Below are positions 8,482 to 17,358 of a stretch of 32,000 bases of DNA, piece by piece. Under the pieces are notes generated by a model. It did not search any database. It was not told the DNA's origin and saw only the letters and a program-made list of their open reading frames with translations. Numbering within the stretch: the stretch's first letter is position 1; each line of letters starts with the position of its first letter. This DNA comes from Acaryochloris marina S15 (GTDB taxonomy: Bacteria; Cyanobacteriota; Cyanobacteriia; Thermosynechococcales; Thermosynechococcaceae). The stretch spans positions 60,001 to 92,000 of the forward strand of contig NZ_CP064921.1 in the NCBI RefSeq assembly GCF_018336915.1, read 5' to 3'. The translations under genes were made by a program, and so were the position numbers.

Positions 8482-10227
8482 TTATTCACCTACCTGATCG
8501 TACCTCTGTAGTTTCAGATCTAGAGCGGTGCGCACATCTAAAACTGATTCCGGGTCATCCTCAGGGGTGATCGCCTCGACTTGGTTAAGCATTTCCCGCA
8601 ACGATTCCGCTTCATCACCCTCCATGGATTCTAAGAGTCGATGGGCGTGATCGATTAACTCCGTCTGAGTAGGCATGGAGTCATCAGCATCGATTTCAAT
8701 GCCTGCACCTTGGGCGAACAATGATTCAATTTCAGCTCTAGATTGAGTGAGCTCATGACTAGACAGACGGCTCGTCCCTGCATCATCAACAATCAATGTA
8801 CTCTGCTGACCCTTCCCTTTCTCCGTTGCCGTCACGGTCAAAATACCATTGTGGTCAAAATCAAAATGCACTTCAACTTGGACACCCCCTGCAGGTCGAG
8901 GCGGCAGCCCCTCCACCCGAAATGACCCAAGCGGGACATTCTCTCGTGCAACTGCATTCTCCCCTTGAAACACCTCAATCTCCACCGTTTCTTGACCATC
9001 AGAGCAAGTGGAGTACACTTCAGAACGCGAGACGGGAATGACACTATTGCGAGCAATGATCCTGCTAAACATCCCTGGCATGGTGCCAAATGCGGTACTC
9101 ATCGCTGCGGCAATACCCAAGGAATGGGGAATAACATCCACCAAAATAGCGTCGACGGAGGCACCCGATAGTACGCCCGCTTGAATGCCAGCCCCTAAGC
9201 TCACACATAAATCGGGCTGGATACCGTCAATGGGAGCTTGTTCTAGATGGGCTGTAATCATCTTTTGGACTAACGGAATACGAGTAGAGCCTCCCACCAG
9301 AATCACCCGATCCAAATCTTGCTTGTCCAGCTTTGCATCCGCTAAAGCTCGGTCTATCGCCTCCAATGTTTCTTCAATCAGGGGTTGAATGAGGTCTTCA
9401 AAGGACTCCCGTGCTAATTCCACTTCCAGGTGCAGTGCGGTCTTCCCCTGGCTGACTAAATAGGGTTCACGCGCTGTCGCAAAAGCATGTTCACTCAAGT
9501 CAATCTTGACTTTTTCCGCCGCCCGGAGCAATCGGGCGTGGACGGTGGGATCTGCAGGAACCTCTGTGTCATGACTTTGCCGAAACTGCTCTGTGAGGTA
9601 CAGCTGCAACCGTCGGTCAAAATCATCCCCACCAAGACGATTGTTCCCATGGCTGGCCAAGACTTCGGTCACATCTCCGGTAATCTCGACGATTGAAACA
9701 TCGAATGTGCCGCCGCCAAGGTCATAAACCAGCACCTGCTCTGTTTCCTCACTGCGGAAATCATAGGTTAAAGCAGCAGCCGTGGGCTCATTGAGCACTT
9801 GCAGCACTTCTAAGCCAGCAATTTCTCCGGCCTCCTTCGTGGCTTGTCGTTGAGCATCTGTAAAGAAGGCGGGCACGGTAATGACTGCTTGGGTAACTGC
9901 TTCACCAAAGGCATCTTCCGCTCGTTGCTTCAAGGTACGGAGGAGAATAGCAGAGATTTCTTGGGGGGAATAGGTTTTCTCTCCCAGTACCGTCTTATGA
10001 TCCGTTCCCATCTGCCGTTTGATAGATTTCACGGTCTGTTCAGGAGCAGCTGCATATTGCCTAAGCGCTTCTCTGCCTATGAGGAGTTTGCCCTTTGTTG
10101 TGATTCCCACACAGGATGGCAACAGGGTTTCCCCATTCTCGTCTGGGATGGCCCAAGGTTGGCCATTATCAATGGCAGCCACAACCGAATTCGTCGTTCC
10201 TAGATCAATCCCGACTGCTGTACCCAT
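8482..10227 (-). CDS. Hsp70-family ATPase, short non-canonical DnaK-like form (581 aa)
   Basis: GIDLGTTNSVVA, VITVPAFFTDAQRQATKEAG, LNEPTAAAL, DLGGGTFDVS and LVGGSTRIP. The C-terminal lid is short and divergent. Confidence 0.9.
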   Translation of the reverse strand: MGTAVGIDLGTTNSVVAAIDNGQPWAIPDENGETLLPSCVGITTKGKLLIGREALRQYAAAPEQTVKSIKRQMGTDHKTVLGEKTYSPQEISAILLRTLKQRAEDAFGEAVTQAVITVPAFFTDAQRQATKEAGEIAGLEVLQVLNEPTAAALTYDFRSEETEQVLVYDLGGGTFDVSIVEITGDVTEVLASHGNNRLGGDDFDRRLQLYLTEQFRQSHDTEVPADPTVHARLLRAAEKVKIDLSEHAFATAREPYLVSQGKTALHLEVELARESFEDLIQPLIEETLEAIDRALADAKLDKQDLDRVILVGGSTRIPLVQKMITAHLEQAPIDGIQPDLCVSLGAGIQAGVLSGASVDAILVDVIPHSLGIAAAMSTAFGTMPGMFSRIIARNSVIPVSRSEVYSTCSDGQETVEIEVFQGENAVARENVPLGSFRVEGLPPRPAGGVQVEVHFDFDHNGILTVTATEKGKGQQSTLIVDDAGTSRLSSHELTQSRAEIESLFAQGAGIEIDADDSMPTQTELIDHAHRLLESMEGDEAESLREMLNQVEAITPEDDPESVLDVRTALDLKLQRYDQVGE

Positions 10228-10254
10228 ATCGTCTATCCTTTGTAAGTTCTTGAA

Positions 10255-10839
10255 CTATCGCTCGTCTGGATCTGAGGGTTTAGAAGCCACCATCACTTGA
10301 GCTTCACGCAAGATCCGATTCTGCCATAAGTACCCCTTAACCACTTCTTGAATAACGGTATTCTCTTCTACTTCTGCACTTTCTTGCCGACCTAGTGCAT
10401 ACATCTGTTCTGGATCAAAGGGTTGACCGTTCACTTCAATGGGTACGACCTGTCGCTGCTGGAGGATATCGAGCATTGAGCGGCGGATCAGTTCAACCCC
10501 TTCTTTCGCACTACCAATAATCTCATGGGTACCATCCGCCTCCTGGGAAAAGTCTAATTCTGATGGATCAGGGCCAACTGATGTAGGGGATTCTGTTCGC
10601 CAGAACATCAACCACTGCTGACATTTTTGGAAAAAAGAGGATGAGGAAGCAGCAGAGGATACTTGGGATTGAGAAAGAGGTGTTGCTAAGGTCTGCAAAT
10701 GGTCCTGTTCCGCTTGATGCCAATGCTCACATGCATGATCTAAGGCATCTAAAATACCCAGCAAATCTTGCAGGAGACGTTCTTGGTCTCGTCGGTTTTT
10801 GGCAGTTTGGGTGGCTAGCTCTCGGGGGGATTGGGTCAT
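10255..10839 (-). CDS. GrpE-like nucleotide exchange factor (divergent)
   Basis: The C-terminal pattern VVPIEVNGQPFDPEQMYALGRQES...VIQEVVKGYLWQNRILREAQVMVA matches the GrpE beta-domain. It lies 27 nt upstream of the Hsp70 gene on the same strand. Confidence 0.75.
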   Translation of the reverse strand: MTQSPRELATQTAKNRRDQERLLQDLLGILDALDHACEHWHQAEQDHLQTLATPLSQSQVSSAASSSSFFQKCQQWLMFWRTESPTSVGPDPSELDFSQEADGTHEIIGSAKEGVELIRRSMLDILQQRQVVPIEVNGQPFDPEQMYALGRQESAEVEENTVIQEVVKGYLWQNRILREAQVMVASKPSDPDER

Positions 10840-10868
10840 GATGTTCTAGGGTCCATCTCCTGGTCACT

Positions 10869-11165
10869 TTAGAATGTTAGCCGCACTAATTCTGTTAAGG
10901 TCACTTGCGCTTGAGCGGTAGCTCGTGCTCGCAGCTGGGTGACGACTGGCGCATCCAACTCCTGCTGACACGGTTGGAGTTCAAAGAAATCTTGTTCAGG
11001 TTGCTGTTCTCCCTGGCGCAGGGCTTCATAGGCTGCCCGAATTGCTTTGAATTCTTGAGGCTGTTTATGGGCGGGAAATTCCCGTAATTTGGCATGATAG
11101 GCGGACTTGATCTCAGTTGGGGTTGCCCCAACTGCCAAGCCTAAGAGGTCATAGTGGTCTTGCAT
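10869..11165 (-). CDS. J-domain-like protein lacking the HPD motif
   Basis: HYDLLGLAVGATPTEIKSAYHAKLREFPAHKQPQEFKAIRAAYEALR aligns with J-domain helices I-III. The canonical YHPD is replaced by EFPAH. Confidence 0.75.
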   Translation of the reverse strand: MQDHYDLLGLAVGATPTEIKSAYHAKLREFPAHKQPQEFKAIRAAYEALRQGEQQPEQDFFELQPCQQELDAPVVTQLRARATAQAQVTLTELVRLTF

Positions 11166-11188
11166 CGTTGGTTATCCTCGCCAAGTTC

Positions 11189-13702
11189 TTAGAATTGAAA
11201 TCCACGTTTTGTTTTTTTCGGCTTGCTCTTGGAGCGCGACCGACCAAAGGGTAAGCCTGCATTCAGGGGATCTGGCTCAAAGAAGTAATCATCATCTTCA
11301 TCCCCAAAATCAGGGAGATCATCCATCATCCGATCTACTAATTCTGGCAACATCCTTTCCAAGAGTTCGGGTGGAATTTCTGAGCCAAACATTTGCTGCG
11401 CCATCTTACGCATCATATCTGTCAGGTCTATTTCGCCGGATTCACTGAAATTGGTCAAGTCGGGAAAGACGGCTTGGGCCATCATCCCTGACTGAAAAGC
11501 TTCTTCGGCACGATAGGCTTGCAGTGCCGGAGCATCTTGTAACCGTCGAGCCAGTTCAAACCCTTGCTCATGCCAGTTTTGGTAAGCTTGACTCTCAATG
11601 TCAAAGGTCGTCGCTTTCGCTAGGAGTAATTGAGGATTCTGGGCGTCTTGGCTGAGGGCCGTGTCAATCAGAGGACGGAGGACGTCTGTTTGGATATAGT
11701 ACCGAGCTTGCAGCTGGATACGGGCTAAGGCTGTTCCAGGTTGGGGGGACTGATTTAGATAGAGTTGAAGGGCCATATGTAAGCGTTCTGCAGCTAATCC
11801 TTTGACAACTAGGAGAACAAGATGAGCCTCTTGTACTTCTGGATACTGCTCGCCTAGGGCAAAGTGTTGCTGCAAATACTGGCTCTCCAAGGCAGCAATC
11901 CCTTTGAGTCGCTTGGCAAAGAGCTTAAGACTAAGAAAAATCGCTTGCAGGGGCTGAATCTGCTCTTGAGGGGATGATGTTTTTAACAAACGAGCCCATT
12001 TTGGGGTAGCGGATGATTGGACTAATGTGACCCGACCCGCAGCGTTGGGTTCGTCCTCAACGGATTCCACAAAAATCTGGCAGGCTTGCAATGCGGGGTC
12101 TTGACTGGCTTCTCTGGACATCACGAGCTGGGCAAAGACCCGATAATTTTGGGTGGACAGGGCTTCTTGCCACCAGGGAATGCCTAGCTCTGGCTCGATC
12201 TCTAGATCCCCGAATGATTTACCAAATTGTTGACGGGCTTCGCGAATGGCTTGGTCTTCTCCTTGTTCTTCGAAGGATTCAATCAGGGCAAAGTAAACAT
12301 CGCCATAGGTACATCCCTCACTTAAGGCTTCCGTTAGCAAAGGAATAGCTTGGTCGAGTTGATTCTTCGCAAATGCCATTAAGCCTTGGCGACCCATGAC
12401 CTCTGCAGATGTGGGAGACATCTGTTCAGCTTGTTTCAGCGTTCGTATCCCCTGTTTGGAATTCCCCATCTCCATCCATAAATCCGTCTGCCAGCAATAA
12501 AGTTTCGCCAGTATGGGTTGAGTACGAGTTTCGGGCCAAGCTTGGGAGTCTGCTCGGGCAGTGGTCTTAACCCAATCTAAGAGGCGACTGAGTAGATGCT
12601 GACGTTGAGGGAAGCGTTCAGTCTCTTGATAGACCAGATGGAGCTTTAGGGCTAATTTGGGGTCAAAGGGGTCTGATTCAATCAGGTCTTCCCAAAAGGT
12701 GATCGTACATTGGGGTTGACGATTCTGGAGGGCTTGTTCCCCTGCTAGCAGCAATAGTGGTCGTCTAAGAATATCGACATCAGGATAGTCTAAGCAGGGT
12801 TGTGGCAATCGCTGAATTAGATGGGCAGCTTCATGGTAGTCAGATTGGTCAATCAGATAGAGGGCTTCAAGGACAATGGCTAAGGACCGATCCGAATGAA
12901 GGTGACCATCTCGCTCAATTAAAGGGAGAAGGGATTGTTGTTGATCTAACGCTTGCCTGATGGCAAGTCGTTCAAGGGCGGGGTGCTGAGGAGTTATACC
13001 TGAATTGAATCGTAGGGCACTGAAGGGAGAATACGGCTTCAGTCCTAAGATACTCTCTGAGATTTCCCAGTGACCTAACTGCTGCTGGGTGTAGGCAATC
13101 CAAACGGACTGATTATCTCCCGGAGTTACGGCTCTGCGATCCATTTTCTTGAAAGACGTGATCGCTTTTTGAGGATCTTCAGCAGCTAAGGCTAACACCC
13201 CTCTGGCCCAATGCAATTGAGCAGCATAGAACCGTTTGGATTGATGGGTGATCAGGTCTTGAATTGCTTCAATATCCTCATTGAGGAATAAGAGTTTCAA
13301 ATAGCACCCTGCATAGTTTTTAGGTAATACTTTCTCCTCAAAGGCTTTCTGAATAAGGGCTAATGCAGCCTCTATCTGATCTGAGGCTAAAAGGCATTTG
13401 GCTAGCCAATAATGTCCCTCACCAGCATGACCAAGAGTGAGTGCCTTCCGCAAAGAAACTTCAGCTTGAGAATAGTCGCCTTGGTCATATTCCTGCTGAC
13501 CCTGCAGCAGCCATAGTTGGGATTCTGACTGACTAATCTGTGCTTCGGGATAGGAACGATGAATTTGCTTCAGCTTGTCTAAGGCTTGGCGATAGTTTTG
13601 ACGTTGAACTTGCGTTTGCAGCTGCCTCTCTAGCTTCTCAAATTTGGAAGATGGGCTCGTTGACGCTGACCTTTGACGTTGCTTGGTTTTTCGTTTGGCC
13701 AC
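11189..13702 (-). CDS. Large TPR-repeat protein (837 aa), first gene of the chaperone cluster
   Basis: Repeated TPR-like helical pairs, e.g. GDYSQAEVSLRKALTL, HYWLAKCLL...AALALIQKAF and WARGVLALAAEDPQKAITSFKK. Basic N-terminus and an acidic-then-basic C-terminus (DEDDDYFFEPD...KSKPKKTKRGFQF). Confidence 0.85.
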   Translation of the reverse strand: MAKRKTKQRQRSASTSPSSKFEKLERQLQTQVQRQNYRQALDKLKQIHRSYPEAQISQSESQLWLLQGQQEYDQGDYSQAEVSLRKALTLGHAGEGHYWLAKCLLASDQIEAALALIQKAFEEKVLPKNYAGCYLKLLFLNEDIEAIQDLITHQSKRFYAAQLHWARGVLALAAEDPQKAITSFKKMDRRAVTPGDNQSVWIAYTQQQLGHWEISESILGLKPYSPFSALRFNSGITPQHPALERLAIRQALDQQQSLLPLIERDGHLHSDRSLAIVLEALYLIDQSDYHEAAHLIQRLPQPCLDYPDVDILRRPLLLLAGEQALQNRQPQCTITFWEDLIESDPFDPKLALKLHLVYQETERFPQRQHLLSRLLDWVKTTARADSQAWPETRTQPILAKLYCWQTDLWMEMGNSKQGIRTLKQAEQMSPTSAEVMGRQGLMAFAKNQLDQAIPLLTEALSEGCTYGDVYFALIESFEEQGEDQAIREARQQFGKSFGDLEIEPELGIPWWQEALSTQNYRVFAQLVMSREASQDPALQACQIFVESVEDEPNAAGRVTLVQSSATPKWARLLKTSSPQEQIQPLQAIFLSLKLFAKRLKGIAALESQYLQQHFALGEQYPEVQEAHLVLLVVKGLAAERLHMALQLYLNQSPQPGTALARIQLQARYYIQTDVLRPLIDTALSQDAQNPQLLLAKATTFDIESQAYQNWHEQGFELARRLQDAPALQAYRAEEAFQSGMMAQAVFPDLTNFSESGEIDLTDMMRKMAQQMFGSEIPPELLERMLPELVDRMMDDLPDFGDEDDDYFFEPDPLNAGLPFGRSRSKSKPKKTKRGFQF

Positions 13703-13951
13703 AATCCTGCCCTCAGTTCAACAATGAAACCCCCCAACCAACTTCTATCAGGATAATTGTGAACTCAATACAGTAGATACTTATTGGCCTTTTCTTAATA
13801 TTGGATATCAAAGCGGCCCGAGAGGGGCAAAACGCTCCAAAAATCGCCAAGATAGTCTCATTAATGATTAGATCAAGTGAATCATACTCTGGGAATGCTA
13901 ACTCATAGCATTCTTACACTTTGCTGAAACTATACTGATCTCCGACAACCT

Positions 13952-14869
13952 ATGGCCACTGACAACAAATATTCTGAAGTACTTCTTGAGTTAAAGACCC
14001 ACTACCAACAAACACTGGCTGAACTTGAAGCTCAAACAAATCAACTCAAGACCAAAATCACGTCTCTAGATACGTTGATTGAAGATCCATTGTTAGGCTC
14101 AGATATCCTTTCAATCCTGCAGGGTGAAGCAGATTCAATACCACCAGAAGCTCCAGCCTCAAAAGTGGCTGATACTGTAAAATCTGAAGCTGAATCTAAA
14201 CCCAAGAAAACTGCTCCAAAAGCTGCTTCAAAGAAGAAATCTACAACTCCGAAGAAACCAGCGTCAACTCCAAAGACAAAGGGAAAAGTAGAATCTAAAG
14301 CTGAAGCTACTCCAAAGAAAGTTACCCCGAAAGCTTCACCCTCATCTGGGAAAAGAAAATCTCCAGCATCTAAGAAAACAGCATCAGCTCCAAAAGATAC
14401 TAAAAAGGTAGAACCCAAAGCTGAAGAAAAGCCCAAGATAGTTGCTCCAAAAGCTTCACGCTCGTCTTCACAGAAACAGTCTTCGGCCTCCAAAAAAGCT
14501 GCATCCCAGACAGAGACTAAAAAGAAGAATCAGAAAAAACCGAGCCAGTCTTCATCCAGTCCTCTAAAGATGAACAAGCCTTATGACCAGATGAACAAGA
14601 CTAAAGCCATTGCTCAGATCCTGCAGGAGAATCCTGGTAAAGTCATGCATACCGATGACTTGAGCTTGATATTGTTTGGTAAGTTGACCCCAGAGCAACA
14701 TCAAGCTGAGCGGGCAAGGATGAAAACCACTATGTATCGAGGTGTTGATCAGAATCGTTGGAACAAAGTACCTAAAAAGAACATGTGCTATGTCTACGAT
14801 CCCAGTAAAAATGTTGGCCCTACGAACTCAGATACAACCAAGGGTCAGAAGTCTCGCAAGAAGACCTGA
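13952..14869 (+). CDS. Lysine/alanine/proline/serine-rich histone H1-like protein with an N-terminal coiled coil and a C-terminal globular domain
   Basis: 305-aa ORF. The central part (aa ~75-200) is K/P/A/S-rich with tandem ~40-aa repeats. The strong terminator at 14891..14926 follows it. Confidence 0.85.
   Translation: MATDNKYSEVLLELKTHYQQTLAELEAQTNQLKTKITSLDTLIEDPLLGSDILSILQGEADSIPPEAPASKVADTVKSEAESKPKKTAPKAASKKKSTTPKKPASTPKTKGKVESKAEATPKKVTPKASPSSGKRKSPASKKTASAPKDTKKVEPKAEEKPKIVAPKASRSSSQKQSSASKKAASQTETKKKNQKKPSQSSSSPLKMNKPYDQMNKTKAIAQILQENPGKVMHTDDLSLILFGKLTPEQHQAERARMKTTMYRGVDQNRWNKVPKKNMCYVYDPSKNVGPTNSDTTKGQKSRKKT
14174..14524 (+). repeat. In-frame tandem repeats inside the lysine-rich gene (two ~120-bp units plus one partial)
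   Basis: KVESKAEATPKKVTPKASPSSGKRKSPASKKTASAPKDTK (14285..14404) versus KVEPKAEEKPKIVAPKASRSSSQKQSSASKKAASQTETKK (14405..14524). They are preceded by the related VKSEAESKPKKTAPKAASKKKSTTPKKPASTPKTKG. Confidence 0.8.
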
Positions 14870-14890
14870 TCGTAGATAGGCAAACTCAGC

Positions 14891-14926
14891 TATCGTACCC
14901 TGGTCCAGTGAAACCAGGGTACGATA
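14891..14926 (+). terminator. Rho-independent terminator
   Basis: Perfect 14-bp stem tatcgtaccctggt / accagggtacgata with an 8-nt loop, followed by atttttc. It lies 22 nt after the stop at 14869. Confidence 0.8.
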
Positions 14927-15038
14927 ATTTTTCTATTGTTATACTCGTTTACCCTATTACCTCAGTTAACCTCAAACTACCGGGTACTGACATAAACACA
15001 TCTGTTTATGGTTAATATACTCACTATTTGAGGAGAGT

Positions 15039-15440
15039 TTGGTGGACTACTCTTATTCCAGACCTACTGAAGTACATTGTCCTCATTGCAACCAGATGGT
15101 GACAGTTGATGTCTGGTTGATTTTGGACCAGGGTTCTCAACCAGACTCGATCCATAGCATAATTGAGGGCAGTTTTCAGACACATCCTTGTCCCAATTGC
15201 TCTAAATCCATACAGAAAGTCGATCAACCCATTTTGATTTATCAATCAAAGCTACACCCGTCCTTGTTATTTGCTCCAGCTTTGAAAACCACCCTAAAAG
15301 AAGATCAGACTCACACCCTTCAACAACTTGTCCAACATTTGATGGATACTCTGGATACTAGTGATGATGACTGGATTATGGAAGGCTTAAAGCGAGTTCG
15401 CTGGAAGCAACTTCCGATAATATTGAGCAAGGCTACTTGA
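15039..15440 (+). CDS. CpXC-domain zinc-ribbon protein
   Basis: Two CxxC pairs, CPHCNQ...VD and CPNCSKS...QPILIY, typical of the CpXC domain. AGGAGA precedes the start, which is TTG at 15039 or GTG at 15042. Confidence 0.7.
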   Translation: MVDYSYSRPTEVHCPHCNQMVTVDVWLILDQGSQPDSIHSIIEGSFQTHPCPNCSKSIQKVDQPILIYQSKLHPSLLFAPALKTTLKEDQTHTLQQLVQHLMDTLDTSDDDWIMEGLKRVRWKQLPIILSKAT

Positions 15441-15487
15441 CAATATTAAATTTTTCCCCGCTGAGATTGAGTAGTGACAATCCTCAT

Positions 15488-16318
15488 TTACTTTGTATTC
15501 AAAAGAAAGGGAATACTAGATTGATCTTTTCCTCCACTAACTAACACTCTTGGCATTTGGGACCCTCCCTCTCTCCAAGCTTGAATGGCTTCTTTTTGCA
15601 ACACCAACTCACCACCTTGAGCTTTTAAGGTTTCAGCGAGTAGTCTTTGTGCTTCTGCTTTCCCCTTAGCTCGGTTAATTTCTGCCTGCGCTTCCTGTTC
15701 TGCTTCTTGAGCGATATAAACCGCCTTTTTTGCTCGTTGTTCAGCGATTTGCTTATCTTCGACAGACTTGGCAAATTCAGGTGAGAAATCTAAATCAACC
15801 ACGCTGGTATCTAGAACTATGATGCCGTATTTACCTAGCCGTTCACCTAACACATCATCAAAGTCTTGTTTCAGCTCCGTTCTCTGGGTAATCGCTTCTT
15901 CAACGGTTTTCCTTGATGCAGCAATTTTGAAGGATTCCTGGGTTTGGGGGGCGATGATTTTGGTTACAATATTTTCTAAGGTGCCTTGCTTTCTACGAAT
16001 TTCCACCACTTGAATCGGATCAAGCCGAAAATTGATCGCGAAACGGGCATTCAAATCTTGCAGGTCTTTGGTTGAACTTTGTGCTGGTACTTCAAACTTC
16101 TGCACCGTCAGGTCATAGATATCTACAGTGGATATTAACGGAGGCTTGAAGTGAATCCCTTCCAAAAATCCGATATCCCTTGCTTTCCCTAAGATACTGA
16201 CAACTCCAGCTTGACCGGGATTGATCACAAAAAAACTACTCAACCCAATAACCAGAGTGACTAATGCCACACTAATAAGCGGTACTAAATTACTGCTGGA
16301 CAGATTTTGTTTATTCAA
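15488..16318 (-). CDS. SPFH/Band-7 (prohibitin-like) membrane protein
   Basis: N-terminal TM helix (LVPLISVALVTLVIGLSSFFVI), a band-7 core, and a C-terminal Ala/Glu/Gln coiled coil (AEQRAKKAVYIAQEAEQEAQAEINRAKGKAEAQRLLAE). Confidence 0.9.
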   Translation of the reverse strand: MNKQNLSSSNLVPLISVALVTLVIGLSSFFVINPGQAGVVSILGKARDIGFLEGIHFKPPLISTVDIYDLTVQKFEVPAQSSTKDLQDLNARFAINFRLDPIQVVEIRRKQGTLENIVTKIIAPQTQESFKIAASRKTVEEAITQRTELKQDFDDVLGERLGKYGIIVLDTSVVDLDFSPEFAKSVEDKQIAEQRAKKAVYIAQEAEQEAQAEINRAKGKAEAQRLLAETLKAQGGELVLQKEAIQAWREGGSQMPRVLVSGGKDQSSIPFLLNTK

Positions 16319-16405
16319 GGTTAAGTGCTTATGAAGATGGGCAACTGCATCGCCTTAAGTATAGCTATCCTTCAACAGCTCAAGATCGACCCACTATCGT
16401 ATGGC

Positions 16406-16669
16406 TCATAATTTTGACTTCCGATTGCTCTCCAACACCCCTACCGCAGCCTCCACCTTCACCTGTTTCTTAGACAAACCCTCACCAACTCCCTCCAGTC
16501 CCATCGCCCGCACTGCACATCGAAATCCTTCCGGTATCACCTCAAACTCATATCTGGGCATAGAGATTTGCTGACGCTGGCATAACTCCTGCAATGCCCC
16601 AATCGGATTCTCCACCACACCACCAGCCAAGCTCACGGGTTCCTCCTGGCCTGGGTACAAGACCCTCAC
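16406..16669 (-). CDS. Stand-alone double-stranded RNA-binding domain (dsRBD) protein
   Basis: NPIGALQELCQRQQISMPRYEFEVIPEGFRCAVRAMGLEGVGEGLSKKQVKVEAAVGVL fits the dsRBD consensus (alpha1, Y-E, G-x-G-x-SKK, AA-x-x-L). GTG start. Confidence 0.75.
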   Translation of the reverse strand: MRVLYPGQEEPVSLAGGVVENPIGALQELCQRQQISMPRYEFEVIPEGFRCAVRAMGLEGVGEGLSKKQVKVEAAVGVLESNRKSKL

Positions 16670-16827
16670 CTATTGCTCAGCTCTACGGATGGCTCGGCTC
16701 CTGGCACGATCTAGGAGCTTGATCAATGCATCTTCAGGATCATCATTGGGGTAAAGGTAGGTGAGGAATCCAAGGTGTTCGGGGGTTAGGTGGATGGTCA
16801 GACTGGAGATTAGCTAGGGGGTAGGCA

Positions 16828-17052
16828 TTAACAAGCAGTTGGCAAATCTTTCTTAAACAGACTATCTAAGTAAATACGAGCTGTTCTGCGGTCTGATTGC
16901 CCATACTGCATCAGAAATAGCGATAGTGCCGCAGAAAAAACCCGATCTTGATCCCAGTCAGGATGGGTGTCTAGATAACCTTTCAAGGCATCATGAAGCT
17001 CTTCAGGGATATCGGCCAGAATACTTATTGTTGTGGACATAAATTCGGTCAT
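16828..17052 (-). CDS. Small cyanobacterial protein, DUF2811-like. I prefer the start at Met29 of the track ORF.
   Basis: MTEFMSTTISILADIPEELHDALKGYLDTHPDWDQDRVFSAALSLFLMQ matches my recollection of DUF2811. The 28 upstream codons of the track ORF (FACLIFWFLDHHYRPHCCSR) look non-coding. Confidence 0.65.
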   Translation of the reverse strand: MTEFMSTTISILADIPEELHDALKGYLDTHPDWDQDRVFSAALSLFLMQYGQSDRRTARIYLDSLFKKDLPTAC

Positions 17053-17358
17053 CCTTGAACAACAGTGAGGTCGGTAGTGATGGTCTAAAAACCAAAAAAT
17101 TAAGCACGCAAATAGATGCCCTCTTTTATCAAACAAGTCAGTGTCGAAGAACGTTCTTCGGCCCTATAGCTTGCTCAATATTGAGCGCACGCACTTAAGC
17201 CTGGGAACACCATCTTGCGATCAACATGCGTGAATGTCAAATTCATTTTGAGGAAATTGAATTGAACTCTAACCTATACACACTAATGGATTAGACTGAT
17301 TCAAACTTATATGATTTTCCACAGAAAAAGCCAAAAACCTTATCCTGCCGTTGGAACT

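Noticed and set aside
8477-8484. Convergent PBP and Hsp70 genes with stop codons only 2 nt apart and no terminator hairpin
   Set aside because: The tightness is unusual, but nothing in the sequence shows that it is functional. Any terminators may lie inside the opposing coding regions.
4552-10300. Numerous 60-120-aa ORFs nested in or antisense to the RNB nuclease, PBP and Hsp70 genes (e.g. 4552..4761, 4973..5203, 8036..8308, 9844..10203)
   Set aside because: All are fully embedded in long ORFs with strong family motifs. They have skewed Arg/Cys/Trp-rich composition and no SD-like sequences that I could see.
14041-14493. 150-aa antisense ORF inside the lysine-rich gene
   Set aside because: It mirrors low-complexity AAG/AAA-rich coding sequence, giving an F/E/A/G-rich product. 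The sense frame has a terminator and coherent domain structure.
16670-16813. 47-codon minus-strand frame (…TIHLTPEHLGFLTYLYPNDDPEDALIKLLDRARSRAIRRAEQ*) whose TAG abuts the GTG start of the dsRBD gene
   Set aside because: The abutting stop and start look like translational coupling and the peptide looks RHH/antitoxin-like. But the frame has no ATG/GTG/TTG (only CTG/ATC), so I do not call it as a gene. It may be a decayed ORF.
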